NCBI RefSeq assembly: GCF_006345805.1
Contig: NW_021832570.1
Span: 1-64,000 of the forward strand
Direction of reading: 5' to 3'
Source of the DNA: Octopus sinensis
Taxonomy: Eukaryota
Length of the DNA stretch: 64,000 bases
Shown: positions 38,882 to 51,287 of the stretch, in pieces
How positions within the stretch are numbered: position 1 is the stretch's first letter
How the letters are laid out: every line of letters starts with the position of its first letter
The notes under the pieces: generated by a model
Told to the model about the DNA's origin: nothing
What the model saw: the letters and a program-made list of their open reading frames with translations, nothing else
The model's database searches: none
Position numbers and translations under genes: made by a program

Positions 38882-39537
38882 ATGTCTGTTCAGGTTTATT
38901 CCAAGTGTATTTTGGAAATATTAAAATTATTACTCCAAAATTCTGATTCCAACAAGGAAATTAAAACAGTTAGAATTCTCAAACATCAATTAAATAGGTT
39001 TTTGAATATATGACAAATCAACTCACTGAGTCTGACCTTCTGGTTCTTTTATCCTTATATCACATTCTAGAAAGAACTTCCTCTAAATGAAGATACTGTT
39101 CATTGCCGACTTACATCAGCTCCGTAAGTTAACTTTGATTATCTTAAAGAGATTGTAAATTAGACGAAATTGTAGCTCTTATTAACAGTTATTATGGCTA
39201 TGATATTTTAAAAGACCGGAATATTAGACAAACTTTAGAAAGTTCAGATTTGTTAAAAATTAATTTCAAATCGGAAAAGGAAACTGATTATTTTTCTGCA
39301 GTAAATAGTTCCACAGATTGTATTAAGTCAAATCGACTTTTATGGTCTATAAAAGAAGAAGCGACATTGTTGGATGCTGTCAAGATTTATGGAAAGGATT
39401 TTGACTATATTTCTACAATTTTACGTGAGAATCAACGTTCAGCTTCGGCAATAAAGAGAAAGTGGGAAAAGATGTCATGTGACAAAAAGTTGTTCAAAAA
39501 AGTTAGTAAATATTGGAGAATTCATTTCAAAAAATAA
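38882..39537 (+). CDS. Small protein (~190 aa) with a single C-terminal Myb/SANT domain
   Basis: An open spliced frame results from ATG 38882 with GT-AG introns 38969-38997, 39043-39070 and 39124-39149. C-terminal WSIKEEATLLDAVKIYGKDFDYISTILRENQRSASAIKRKWEKM. The true start may lie further upstream. Confidence 0.75.
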
Positions 39538-40947
39538 TTCTTCATTTGAACATTAATTTTTTGTGTTTATTAAAATGTTTTTAAACCTTACTTGATTTAA
39601 TTTTTTAGTTATTTTAGTACGAGAGTGTTTCAATAATAAAACTAATTTTAGTTTTTAACCCTTTCTTTAAGAAAATTGTTTTACATTTAAATTAGTAGGT
39701 TTATTATGCTGTTTATTGCTACATTCATTAATGTGTATTATTTAATACTAAAGTATTTCATTCCTTAAAATATTGATTTGTACTAAACGAAACATTTTTA
39801 TTGTAAGACAAAAGAGGATAGTGACAACAATTAGGACGGAAAAATAAACGAGACAATTGATCGGGGGAATCGAGATCATTGGAGGGGCGTCCGGTTTTCT
39901 GTCTGGAGGCAAGTCAGTCTGTTATTGATTCCGCTCGATAAATGGGTCGGTCACCCGAATTTGTATCTGGAAGAACTGGATAGATTCTTTGATGGTCTGC
40001 CGCATCTCCGAGGACTTAGTCTCGGCCAGCTTGAGGCTGGGTCTCGTAGATCTAGCCTATAGGTTAGCTTCAGAGCATAGCGCCGTATCTTTTCGATTTC
40101 ATTAGAATTATCTTATTTAGCATCGATTGTGACTCCCAAGTACTGTAAACAGTTAGCATTGATTGGCTTCTCAAAAAATAGTTTTTATTTTTGATTACTT
40201 GCTTTTTTAATAGTTTTATTGATTTTGTTAAATACTTTTTGAACTCACTTTGCGTTATTGATATTTGTAATTTGAGTTATTTAGCTTTTTATGAAATAAA
40301 TTATCAATATGATTTATTTGTATTAAGAATATACGAATTAAAAAGAAATAGATACGTGTCTACAAAATTAGTACAAAATTCCAAAAAGATTTAAATAAAT
40401 AAACAATTTTAAAAGCATTACCATTTGGAAAAAACCGAGACTGCTTATTTTATCTAATACACCGCGCCAATTGTAATGCACATCATTCATCAAGGACAAA
40501 GCGTAAGAAAAATTGAACGAACGCATAGACTAGGGCTAGCTGGCATGCTTAAAAATGAGTAATTTTCCTCTGAGCCGTGCTTGGCCAAAACTTATGTTTT
40601 TAAGCAGCTGGTCGCCACTGTGAGGATTGGAATCTGCCTACCTCTCGGTTCACCCGTACCGCCCAAACATAAATGTTGATGAACTTGATTATCACTCCTC
40701 TTTCTGTCACGGAATTGGACGCTTTCCTCGCTACTTCGTAATTCCGGATTCCACACAAAGCTGGAACCTGATCTTTGCAAAAATAGCAGAAGACCAGACA
40801 GTATGACGACCTTTCCCTTCAATGGAAAAATTGTCTGGTTTGGAACGCTCAGAACATAAGAGAATCACTCGAAAGTTTCGGAATCCTATCCAAAGAGGTC
40901 AAAAGCAAGAAAATACGCTAAATATTCTTATTTTGAAAACTGTAGAG

Positions 40948-41895
40948 CAGGAGTGTCAAACATGGGGCCCTCAAAAGACATAAGTGTAATCCTCAGCGTA
41001 CTTTGGCAAACATAAGTGCGGTCTGATTTAATACAAAAAATTAATTTTTATTTTTTTTATATTTAATTAAAATTTTTAATGATAATAGAATTAAAATGAA
41101 ACAATTCGTTATCTACAATTTGTATTTAATTGTATTGTATTTTTAAATCGTGTTTGTCAATGTCTCGTACTTTTTCTGGACTAAAATAGAAACGGTGCTT
41201 GAAAGATGAACGGAGAGTGTTTCAAGATAAATGGGAATTTCTCTATTTTTGCACAAGGGTTGATGGAAAAATACATTGTTTGATATATAACAAGTTTATC
41301 GCTATACCGAAAGAATACAACCCAATGAGGCATTATCAATCTAATCATCTATCATACAATTATTTCGAACGTATTAAATTGCTTATTAACCAAGAAGGTC
41401 CAATTCGCGTTTCAAAGCTAAATGAATTGCGAAAAAATTTATCTGCGTTACAGGCTCATTTCACAAAAAGTCATAACCAATGTACTGCATTAGTCACTGC
41501 AAGGTATGAAATCAGCACAATGCCTGCAGTAAATGGAACTTCAAAAAGTTTGCAACAAAAATCATTGCTATGTTTGGTTCGACATATAGTGAACAGCTTT
41601 TTTCATTTATGAAATTGACAAAAACTGCTCAAAGAACAAGACTAACTGATAAACATTTATCCTCTTTAATACAAGTCGGAACTACACGAATAGGTCAGCC
41701 TGACATCAAAAATTGTATCTAAAAAAAGATGTCAATCCTCTGGAAGCAGTTTTCACCAAAATTAAAGGACGATGATTGAATAATTTAGTTTCTCTTATTT
41801 GGTTATTCATCATAATAAATATCATAATTAATCTTCCCTTAATGAGAAATTATTATAAATGCGGCCTTCGAAGCGAAATGAGTTTGACACCCCTG
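40948..41895 (+). mobile_element. Internally deleted hAT (SPIN/GTF2IRD2-like), 948 bp
   Basis: TIR CAGG(A/G)GTGTCAAAC. Perfect TSD CTGTAGAG (40940-40947 and 41896-41903). The N-terminal zinc-finger ORF 41199-41612 is fused to a dimerization-domain remnant (MKLTKTAQRTRLTDKHL). Confidence 0.92.
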
Positions 41896-42169
41896 CTGTA
41901 GAGTGTTTGTTCCCTGACAGTCAAAACGTCTTTAATACAAGGATCTTTTACTCGGAGCCTACTCTAAAAAATCGGGTAACCATTAAAAAGGGTTACTGGC
42001 GACTAATCCGAGCACAGGTATCTTCCGAGTGAGTCTTCCTAGGTATAGTCAGGGGTAATGTTCTGGCTATCCGCTAATAAGCATTCCCTTTACTTGTGAA
42101 ACTTTTTCTTAATCAATAATATAAAAAATAAGAAAGTAAATCAACTAACTACGACTAAAAGGTGTCTGT

Positions 42170-43440
42170 CAAGAGCCTAGGGGTCAGCTCTTGACGCAGC
42201 GCTGCGTATGGAATGGCAGTTTTCCGGTGAGCACAGCGACCGAGATTCGCTGAAAAGCCAGCTTGTCTGTCGATCGTTTTTTTTTGACATGATCTTCGAT
42301 CCTATCAACCAGAGTTAAAAGAAGTGTTAAAAACAAGATGTTCAATGTGAGGACCATGACATATACAGAGACATCCTTTTCTACAGGTGGGGTCACTGGA
42401 GGATTCTGCATTTCAATCTCTAAAATCGTAATAAGGTCAACTGTCTCCATTCGCACAACCTTAAGCAAAGACAAGACAAGCTAATAACATAAATAGCAAA
42501 GACAAGCTAGACATCGATAATTTAATAATTTTGAATTACAAGTTCCTAACATTATATCCATTAAGAACCGATAATAATGGAGGAGATAAACATAACAATA
42601 TATAATAGTAAAAGACAATAATGTCTGAATAGGCGGTGCATAGCATCTTAACAAAATATTGGTGGCGTCTCTTGATAGATCGAGCATTCACAGCTATGAT
42701 TTTGATTTGAACTATGTTGCTTGCATTCTCCCTCTAATAGGAGCCGTTGGAGCATTTCAGGTTCCACACCCAGTTTTGTCAGGGCTCCCATAAAATGGCG
42801 AAAGAATAACAAAAAAGCATTTCTGTTGTGCTTTTCCTGATTAGAGAGGGCACTTGTTTGTGGCGAGATATTGTCTGAAGGAGGCTTGTCTTCTTGCGGG
42901 CGTCAGCCGTAGGCATCGAGTTGATGTCGGGGTCGAGTTCAGGTAAAGTCTAAATGCAGACATCGGCTTTGGACAGACTCGGAGTTGGCCCCTTTGCCCA
43001 GATCGATTCAATCCGTTGGCTTTTGTCTAGCGGACCGGGTTTCTAGCTGGCAGATTGTAAACAATCCGTTTTGCTGGGCGGACGGCATCCGCAGTAACAC
43101 TCAAGGTATCCCGAGTTGTTGAAATTTATGTAGATACTCTCAACAAGAGCTATTCTTTGCTTTCGGGCAGCTTTTATGCCTGTGTTCGTCCCGACAAAGT
43201 AGGCACCGGAGTTTTCGGTGCATATATTGGATGTGTGTTCAAACGGTTGCACCGGAAGCATCTTACAGCTGGGAGCTTGTGCCATTTGCATTGGATATGC
43301 CTGAAACCCAAGCTGTAATTCCGACGCTGCTGAAGATTTTATCCTCGGCTCTACCGTTGAGCGTCAGCTTCCCAACAGGAATGCCGGCTCATACCGAGAG
43401 TATCTTTCGTAGTGTTTTTGATTTGTAGCGAAGTCTATCA
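42170..43440 (-). mobile_element. Degenerate non-LTR element (zinc knuckle plus CRE-like RLE tail)
   Basis: CLLCRDEHRHKSC knuckle at about 43170-43210, and LAFQRISVAVLTGK near 42230 (compare WLLERLSIAV and QRISLAIVRGNA in other copies). Confidence 0.5.
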
Positions 43441-43815
43441 AATATATTTATTCGAATCAAATAGTTTTTCTAGAGAGTAAAAAAACAGGTATAAAAATTA
43501 AACTTTGGGTATTCCAACAATCTGAAAATAAACAACGAATACAGTTTTCAGCCTAATTACTTTAAATGATGAGCTATTCAATCATAAACAAATAGTATTG
43601 TAATACGGGAGTGAGAGCTATAATGACTCACAATCACATACCTATGAGAACTACTTCCAACCATTTAAATTGCTATTTAGTATGAATTATTAATATCAAA
43701 ATTTTGTACTCATATGTTAACATAAGAAAAAACCAATAAATAAGTAACCCTAAACTGAGTATAAAAGTCCAATAAAATATTTATTTTTATCAAAAATCAA
43801 AATAAAAAAGTAGAA

Positions 43816-43892
43816 GGGTACAAAAAGTCAGATGAATCATATAAATCACATACTTTGTGAAGAATAATCACATAATCTGACTCCATGCACCC
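43816..43892 (-). promoter_or_regulatory. Putative eukaryotic SECIS element in the SPS2 3'UTR
   Basis: Lower stem GGGUGCA/UGUACCC; helix I GUCAGAU/AUCUGAC; core GUGA (43868-43871) and GA (43837-43838); helix II 7/10 paired; apical AAA (43854-43856) 11 nt from the core. Folded by eye. Confidence 0.75.
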
Positions 43893-43914
43893 AGGAAGCA
43901 CTGCTCAATACTTC

Positions 43915-45271
43915 CTACCATAATTGATTTTCATGATCTTTCGCGGGAACTTCAATGACTCTTACACTATCCTCTATCCTCGCTGTACGGTTCCCCTTCT
44001 GAACCACTCCAATAATCCACGCCTGGTACCCTTCCTGCCTTTGAAGATCCTTACAAAAACTCGCCGCTTGTTGTTGTGGTAAAATTATCAAAAGCCCACC
44101 TAAAAACAATAAAATTTCAAAAACAAAAAAACCCGAAGTTTCAGGACAACGACCACTCAACAGCGGAAAAGGACTCCCACACGATTTATTAAACGAGTGT
44201 AATTTAGCAATAACAGGAATGTTGTAAATCAAAAAGGAGACTTGATTGGTCTGGCAACGTGCCAAATTCTCCGCATGGCCTAAAAGACCATAACCCGTCA
44301 CATCTGTTGCCCCATGTGAATTATAACGTTTCATTAGAATTGAAGCTAACATTTACCCAATTAATAAAACCTTCTCGATTAAGTCTTGTCATTGAGTCAA
44401 TTGCACGTTTATAAGCTTTAATCACATCACTTTGACGGGCTACACTCTTGAGTTTACTCCACTTGTCAGGCCGATTGAGCCACAAGTACATATTTATAGC
44501 CAATTGGGTTCCCAGAGGTTTCGTAAGAACCAACACGTCTCCCTCTACTGCACTTGTTGGCCTAAAATAAATAACAAAAATAACATTAAATAGTCTTTAC
44601 ATATCGAACTTGCAACACCTCCAATGACCATCCAAGGATTAAAAGTAACACTTCCACCCGAAATTTCAATTCCCGCCAATTTAGCTTGATCCTATATAAT
44701 ATTACGTAATCTAAAAGCCACTCTAAATCCACTACGAATCAAATCCACCACAATACTCCTCTCAGCCCCAACAAGTCCTGTACTGACACCCAAAATCATT
44801 TTCAAACAGTCACAATTAGAGACTCCCAAAGCGTAGAGATCGCTGAGGACATTAGAACATGCTATTCTCCCCTAAAAGTTATAAACGACCAAAATAATAC
44901 CATTTTGTAAGGATCGTCAATATTTGGGTAGAAAAAATCAGTAGTTTGTATTAGACTGAGACCTCCGTACCGCAAGGGGACAATACTGCAGTCAATTCCT
45001 TGAATATATAATGTAAGTTACCCATTAAGGATCTGGAAGAATTTAGATCCATGGGGATGTTCGGCTTCTGTCCCTCCAGTAGTCTGAGCAGGACTGACTG
45101 GGGGACTTTGCACCCTCATCCCTTTAGTTCGGTGTATTTTGTGAGAGCAAAATCTCTACGTAAGCCGTATTTCGTTGGGTCGAAACCGACTTCTTGTTTA
45201 TCCTAAAATGATGATATTATATTTAAAATATATGTTTTATTAAAGGTTGAAAAATAACACGGCACAACCAT
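43915..45271 (-). CDS. SEPHS2: Selenophosphate synthetase 2 (selenoprotein, UGA-Sec)
   Basis: FDPTKYGL...[16 protein letters not shown] (TGA at 45116-45118), [62 protein letters not shown]. Introns at 44999-45021, 44872-44900, 44692-44721, 44562-44584, 44346-44370 and 44100-44132. The first intron (45203-45268) and the start codon are tentative. Confidence 0.93.
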
Positions 45272-45625
45272 CAAAAAAATTAGATAATATCTTATTTGAT
45301 TATTAAAATTTTAATTAAACAAATAAAAAAATTATAATTTTTTATTTAAAGTTAATGAAATTCGGTTGAAAGCGGCAAACCTGCTAAACACTTTTTCCGA
45401 TAAAGAGATTATCCCAAAAGCCTGGAACAACATCATAAAGTCATCGGCAATCCATCTACGGGAGGTTCGTCCTGAAAATCCCCGTCCGTACCGAAAATGC
45501 GTCGGGACAACGGCGGAACATCGGGAGAGGCTGCGCGAACTGCTGAGGGAGGCTGGGATCACCTGAATTCTTCTTTCTTTTCGCTATGACGGTGGTTTTC
45601 TGGTTCAATAAATAAAAATAAATAA

Positions 45626-45940
45626 ATAAACAAGAAAATAAATTTCTGCACAAATTTTTCATCGAGGAGCATTTTATTTGGTTGGATTATATAATTCATT
45701 TAATATAGGATGAAGAACAAGATGTTTCAAAACGTGACTTTAATCAGTCAACATTGGAAGACCATTTTGACAAATCAAGACTACCTCGTGTTATGCTGGT
45801 TAGTCATTTAAAAATGCTATTTTTTTATTTCTACAAATATAAATTAAGATGAAAAATTTTTGGATGGCTGGAAGGAAAAATATACTCATTTAGTGCATAA
45901 GGATAATCTTTTATAATTCTCCATGGAAGACGAATCTCAG
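45626..45940 (+). pseudogene. MFAP1: MFAP1 (spliceosomal Spp381 homolog) C-terminal fragment
   Basis: KFLHKF(F)HRGAFYL/DEEQDVSKRDFNQSTLEDHFDKSRLPRVML/MKNFWMAGRK(K)YTHLVHKD. Introns at 45681-45708 and 45799-45848. Frameshifts fall in homopolymer runs. The N-terminal part was not found. Confidence 0.75.
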
Positions 45941-46096
45941 GGTGGGGTCAGACCCGTCGGAGAAATTGAAGGAATTCGTGATCTTCTTTGTACGCCCTCC
46001 GGAAAAACTGAAATACATGATGTTTGATCGTCCTTGAGTAATTAAAAAAATGACCTTTATTATTTTTTAAAATGTAAATATTTGTATATTCTAATG

Positions 46097-46790
46097 CAGG
46101 TGTTCTCAACCGTGGGCGAATCGCCCCCCTAGGGGCGATAATTTTGTACAGGGGGGCGATAATTTTGTACAAGGGGGCGATAATATATTTAGTAAAATAT
46201 TCGAATTTTAATATAATACAGTATTTATACATGTTAATTTTAATAATGTTTCAGATTTATTATATTTTTTCTATAGTGTTTATCCTTAAATTTATATTTT
46301 AAAGATGTTTTATTTTATATTTATTCTAAAGATGTCTTCTCGCTCAATAAGAAAAGTCGTCATTATCAAAACGAATATTTAAAATATGGGTTTATTCAAA
46401 GTACTGAAGATACAAAAACAGCCTTATTGTCTATTTGTCAATGTTCTTTCTCAAATGAGGCGATGAAGCCATCACGATTACAGGATCATCTAAAACGCAA
46501 GCACCCGGATAAAATGTCAAAGCCGATTGAATATTTTCAAAATTTAAAATACAATTTTGAAAATAAGAAAACGATCAAATCGTTATTCACAAAGCCAGTA
46601 CATGATGGTTTATTACATTTGATTTATTATTTTATATTTTGATTTTTGAGTTATATACAAAAAACAACCAATTAAGGGACAATGCCCAAAAATTTTTAAA
46701 TTGTATGTGGACAAGGGGGCGATAAAATTTCAAAGGGGGGCGATAAAATATCTAAGGGGGCGATGAACAAAAAAAGGTTGAGAATGCCTG
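46097..46790 (+). mobile_element. Non-autonomous hAT (Buster/ZBED5-like N-terminus), 694 bp
   Basis: Left end CAGGTGTTCTCAACC, right end GGTTGAGAATGCCTG. Perfect TSD TTCTAATG (46089-46096 and 46791-46798). GGGGCGAT subterminal repeats. Zinc-finger remnant EYLKYGF...CSFSNEAMKPSRLQDHLKRKH. Confidence 0.92.
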
Positions 46791-47049
46791 TTCTAATGTA
46801 TGTAAAGAAGAACTGATGGCAATCCTGTTTCCCCTCACTATTGCTTGGGACACGTTTGTATAATGAATTGACGATAACTATTTGTTAGTAGAAGGTCTTT
46901 TGTTCGTAGAAGGTCTAAAATATAAAGATAACACATTATTAAGAAAAAATTTGTAATGTTGTTAAATGCCTATGCTCATATATGATAATTTTTCGTATTA
47001 ATATACATTACATTCACTCGAACAGAGCAGCCTTTTAGATTTTGTGGTA

Positions 47050-47760
47050 ATTTCAGCCATGTTTAGTCACGAATCAATAGTATTTTCAAAAATCAGTGCA
47101 TAAAACGAGTATCCCCAGTATTCCAAAGATTATTAAAATTAAGAATCTTCCTTGTTACCTGATAATGCTTTTAGAGCATCGAGATCCTCAACCACTTTGC
47201 AGTTTTTTGTTTATTGCAGCTAAATCTTTGTTTAATTCAGTAGGTATGGTGTCTTGGGTTTTCCACGAAATGGGACAAATTAGTTTTCCATCGCGATGTT
47301 CCGAGGAGTGAGACTACCAAAAGACTGGCCAAAAAATCGCCATCTGGAATTCAGGATTTCTGTAGAGATCGACTCGAATTACATCGTTTGTATAAGACTA
47401 AATTTGATTTTTTTTAGGAATTGCATTTTTATAATTTTTTGATAAAATTGGTTCAAACTGTTCATTTCAGATTTGGTGATTTCCCATATCGATCCGTTAT
47501 ACGTCAGGACCGAGACAACTAACGTGTTATTGTCTTTGTATTTAGCTTTCTTAAACGCCAGCTGTTTACGAGTTTATTGTACGCCACATTTGATAGTATC
47601 TTTCTATGGGTGACATCTTCAGAGTCACCCAGCAGTAATCCAACTTTTTATGCCTTCTCCAGAGTTTATCATAGGTCCGTTTAGCAAGAACAATTTTTGT
47701 GCATTCCGTGGAATACAATGCCAGACAAAAATTGGATTCGTTATAAATTTTACTTTTTTC
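47050..47760 (-). mobile_element. RTE-like LINE remnant
   Basis: LLGDSEDVTHRKILSNVAYNKL...SVLTYNGSIW. Confidence 0.6.
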
Positions 47761-47819
47761 TTTGAAAAATTATAAACATTTACGACATTTTAGCTAGTGA
47801 ATTACAACTGATTCACAAG

Positions 47820-48160
47820 GCTAAGGTGAAGATTGTGCCAATTGTTATTACGTGGGATGGAATCGTCTCAACGTTCTACCGCAAGTACATGAAGCTCCTT
47901 GGGATTGAAGAACGTGTTCGGTCTTACATCCAGACTGTAAAGCTGAAGGCCACTCTGGAGAGCATGTTTGTTGAGTACAAACATGGCTTCAGTGAAATCC
48001 TGGACTCTGCAAATTCCGTAAATAGGAACTGGCGGAAATATAATTTCTCTATGAAGATCAGCAAGTCCCTTAAGAGATCCAGAGATTGCGCGCCCCAGGA
48101 GGAGATTGAAGATCATGGCGGGGACGATCAAAGTGGAGTCATGGGGAACTCGGAAAGCAA
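47820..48160 (+). mobile_element. RLE-type (R4/NeSL-like) retrotransposon 3' fragment
   Basis: KIVPIVITWDGIVSTFYRKYMKLLGI resembles the C-terminal end of an RLE domain. Confidence 0.55.
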
Positions 48161-48334
48161 AAAATTTAAGAGTCGTCTAATTAGTGTTTATACAGATGTT
48201 CTTTTCATTGATTTGAAAATTATTTTAAATTTTCGTTAGAAAAAAATCCACTATAGCTCTAATATTGGATAGAATCAAATCCAAATATTTCTATACTGTT
48301 CACTTCACGTATAGGTATATGTCGAATTTCATAT

Positions 48335-48795
48335 TTACATGTGTTGCAAAAATTATTTGTGTTTTTATTGTTTAGTTAAATTAATTTTTAAGTTAATTTT
48401 TTAATTTGTAAGTTAATAAAGTTATTTTTTGGTTAATTTTTTTATTTTTAGCTTAACTAATTGATTTGAAGTTTGAAAAGACTGAACTTCCATGAAAATT
48501 GAATTTTTTGGTGTTAAAAAGAGGCGTTTCATTTTTATGCCCCATGCAACCACTGAGGGTTGCATTTAGAACAGCCACTTATTTGTTTCTTTTGTTTCAT
48601 TACCTGACTTTTTAGCCTATAGCATTTTACAGTAGAATGAAAGCAGGTTTTATAAATTCCTATCCATATGGCCATATGGCCATAAGTAATTTACTTTAAA
48701 TTATAAATAAACAAGCTAATCAATGACAGTTTTAGTCTGCTCCAATATTTTAATTAATTCGTCAATCATTAGTTAATTCTACCAAATTCTTTTCA
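48335..48795 (+). repeat. Copy of the CCATATGGCCAT repeat family
   Basis: Near-identical to about 37230-37640. Confidence 0.85.
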
Positions 48796-48829
48796 ATCGT
48801 CTCGTCTTTTCGAGCTTAGCGATAATGCA

Positions 48830-49400
48830 ATTTCTCGAACCCGTAAGTAAGCAATGGTCCGACGTACGTTTTATAAACATATAAAAATGTTTCCGGACAA
48901 AGGTGAAAGTGAATTATGCTTCCGAAATTTGAGCGCATTTCCTTCTCCTCGAATAGATGTATCTGGCGTAAGAACTCTTGGATCCAACTTCAACCCCAAG
49001 ATATTCAGGTTTTCCATTTTGTAAACCCATGGAGGTTTTTTGGCGTTTTTCGTTTAGTTCCCTGTTTTGCAATCCAAGTGGCGGTGCACTTTATTTTGAG
49101 AGTGTCATCCTTTTGATATTCACCACTCTTCTACTCTTGTTACGTATCCTTTTATTTTCCTTCACATATATCTTTTTTCCACAAAGCATCCGTTATTAGT
49201 ATGTCTTCCGCGTAGATCATGAGACGACTGGTAGGATCTTTCGGTTTTTGAATATCAGCAACGTAAATATTAACAAGTAGAGGGCTCTAGACCGAGCCTT
49301 TAGGTACCCCTCTTTTGAGATCGACAGATTCCGACAAACGGTTTCAGCATCGTATGTATGACCGCCTCATGGATAATTCAATAAAATTATTTTCCACCAC
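48830..49400 (-). mobile_element. LINE RT fragment related to 58930-60103
   Basis: GVPKGSV...PTSRLMIYAEDILITD, versus GVPQGSV...PTSRLIIYADDILVTD in the 59-kb element. Confidence 0.7.
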
Positions 49401-49949
49401 TGACTGAACTGCTTCTTAGACTTGTTTATTCCATAGAATAAATGTAGATGGATACATCTTATCACCTCATTATTTTACCGTAAGTTAGTATCGTTCGGAT
49501 CGGCGATCACGGGGATTACTATAATTAACTGGTTTACCCGTCTTTGGTCTTTAATAAATAAATAAAATAATATCACATCTTGTTTCTAGGTGGTCTACCA
49601 TTTTCATAGCCATATCGAAATGGAGCACAGTTGACTAATTAGCTAAATTATTAACTCGAATCTTTCATATTTTAGTAGCTTTTTTAAGGAGAACATACTG
49701 TATATATGCCTTGATTTTATTTGAAATCTTAGTTTTTAATATATTCGGAGTGCTGTTTAGAGTTATTGGGAAATGTCACGAAGAAAGAAAATCCATGAAG
49801 GCATAGTCATTGGCTAAAAGACGATCACAGACTCAATAACACGGTAGAGACAAATTAAGGAAAATCGATCATTCTATTTTTCATTAACTTGTTGTTTTTT
49901 TGTCGAGTATTTCAAGATATTCTTTAATGCAATTCAATATTCCTCGCTA

Positions 49950-50265
49950 ATTTTTTTTTTTTTTTTAATTTCAAAGTAATTATTGAAATAAGTTAGTCAA
50001 TGACTAAAAGGCACTTGCGGTTGCACGCATGATGGAGTGTGCATTGCCGCGAACGACAGCTATTCCAATTTGTTGGAATAACCATGACACTTCTCGAGGC
50101 TCCCCACGTCGCCTAGCAACTTTTCCTCCGACTTCTCTGATGAAAGAAGTCGTAAGAGGGCCGGTTACCCCAGAAGTCTCCACAGCGATAGGTACGAAGC
50201 GGTACCGTTGTCCAAGATTTGCGTATTTGGCAATTTTTCTTTGCTCTGCAGCATCTCGCTAATTT
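49950..50265 (-). mobile_element. CRE-clade RLE 3' fragment with poly(A)
   Basis: RKIAKYANLGQRYRFVPIAVETSGVTG...EVSWLFQQIGIAVVRGNA. A-tail at about 49951-49967. Confidence 0.8.
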
Positions 50266-50380
50266 GGCAACACATTTTGAATTCGACGAATTAAAAAAGA
50301 TTTTATCTTTCTCATTAAAACATCAGCTTATTAATTGATTTTAAAGTCATTATTAATCATCATTAAAATTATGAATAAAT

Positions 50381-50950
50381 TTGGGGGAACTGTTGACGAG
50401 TACGGTTTGCATCCCCTCGCTTGCCGGCGGAGTGCCGGTCGTGCCCCCCGTCACAGTGAACTCAACTCAGTCATACAGAGAGCCCTCGCTTCAGCAGGCA
50501 TCCCGTCAATCCTTGAACCTGTTGGATTGGATAGAGGGGATGGCAAACGCCCTGACGGCATGTCCACCTTCCCCTACGAGCAGGGGAAATCCCTTATTTG
50601 GGATTCTACCTGCTCGGACACGTTCTCGCTGGGAAATCTCGCTCTGTCCGCCGCCAATCCTGGGCACGCTTCCAGGCAGGCCGAGGAGCGAAAGATTCTC
50701 AAGTACGGCCACCTCTCCAACTCGCTGCTCTTTACTCCAATTGCCGTGGAGTCCTCCGGGATCTTCGGTCCCAAGACACTCCGCTTCCTTCGCTCGCTCG
50801 GTCGACGGATTTCAAGGACTAGTCACGACCCAAGAGAGTTTTCTTGGCTCCTGGAACGTCTGTCGATTGCTGTGATCTGAGGGAACGGCTTCGCCATTCG
50901 CGAGGCTGGTCGGGTGTCTCGTGAGGCCTTTAATTAACTTAGCTATCTTT
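50381..50950 (+). mobile_element. CRE-clade non-LTR retrotransposon, 5'-truncated (CCHC knuckle plus RLE)
   Basis: GTVDEYGLHPLACRRSAGRAPRHSELN...LEPVGLDRGDGKRPDG...LIWDSTC...PIAVESSG...WLLERLSIAV. Confidence 0.9.
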
Positions 50951-51287
50951 AATTTCTTTCTTGCTTCAAAGAATAATAACTTGTTTCATTAAAAAAAAAA
51001 TTTTTGAAATAAGCGATAGTACAAAAATCGCCATAAAATTTCATGAAACCACTCATTTTTTAATTTTAGCTACACTTGTCATTGCGCTTGATTTGATAAA
51101 TCACGATATTAAATAAATATGGAACTCTTAATCATTTCTATTTTTAGTATATTAGATTTACAAAGTACAGGGAAACTAATTAAGATAAACATTTGACTAA
51201 AAGATGCTTTCTCATTGTAAAGACCGACATTATTAATATAAAAATTATTAAAAAACGTAAAAAAAGAGAATCAGAAATTGGACATTC

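Noticed and set aside
39800-40930. GC-richer patches resembling LINE 3' ends
   Set aside because: No diagnostic motif could be read with confidence.
45116-45118. Premature stop making SPS a pseudogene
   Set aside because: The TGA is at the conserved Sec position, the rest of the frame is intact, and a SECIS-like structure follows the gene.
45345-45566. ORF MKAANLL...REAGIT as a Gypsy RT piece or MFAP1 upstream exon
   Set aside because: There is only a vague resemblance (EHRERLRELLREAG), no catalytic motif, and no splice path into the MFAP1 exons.
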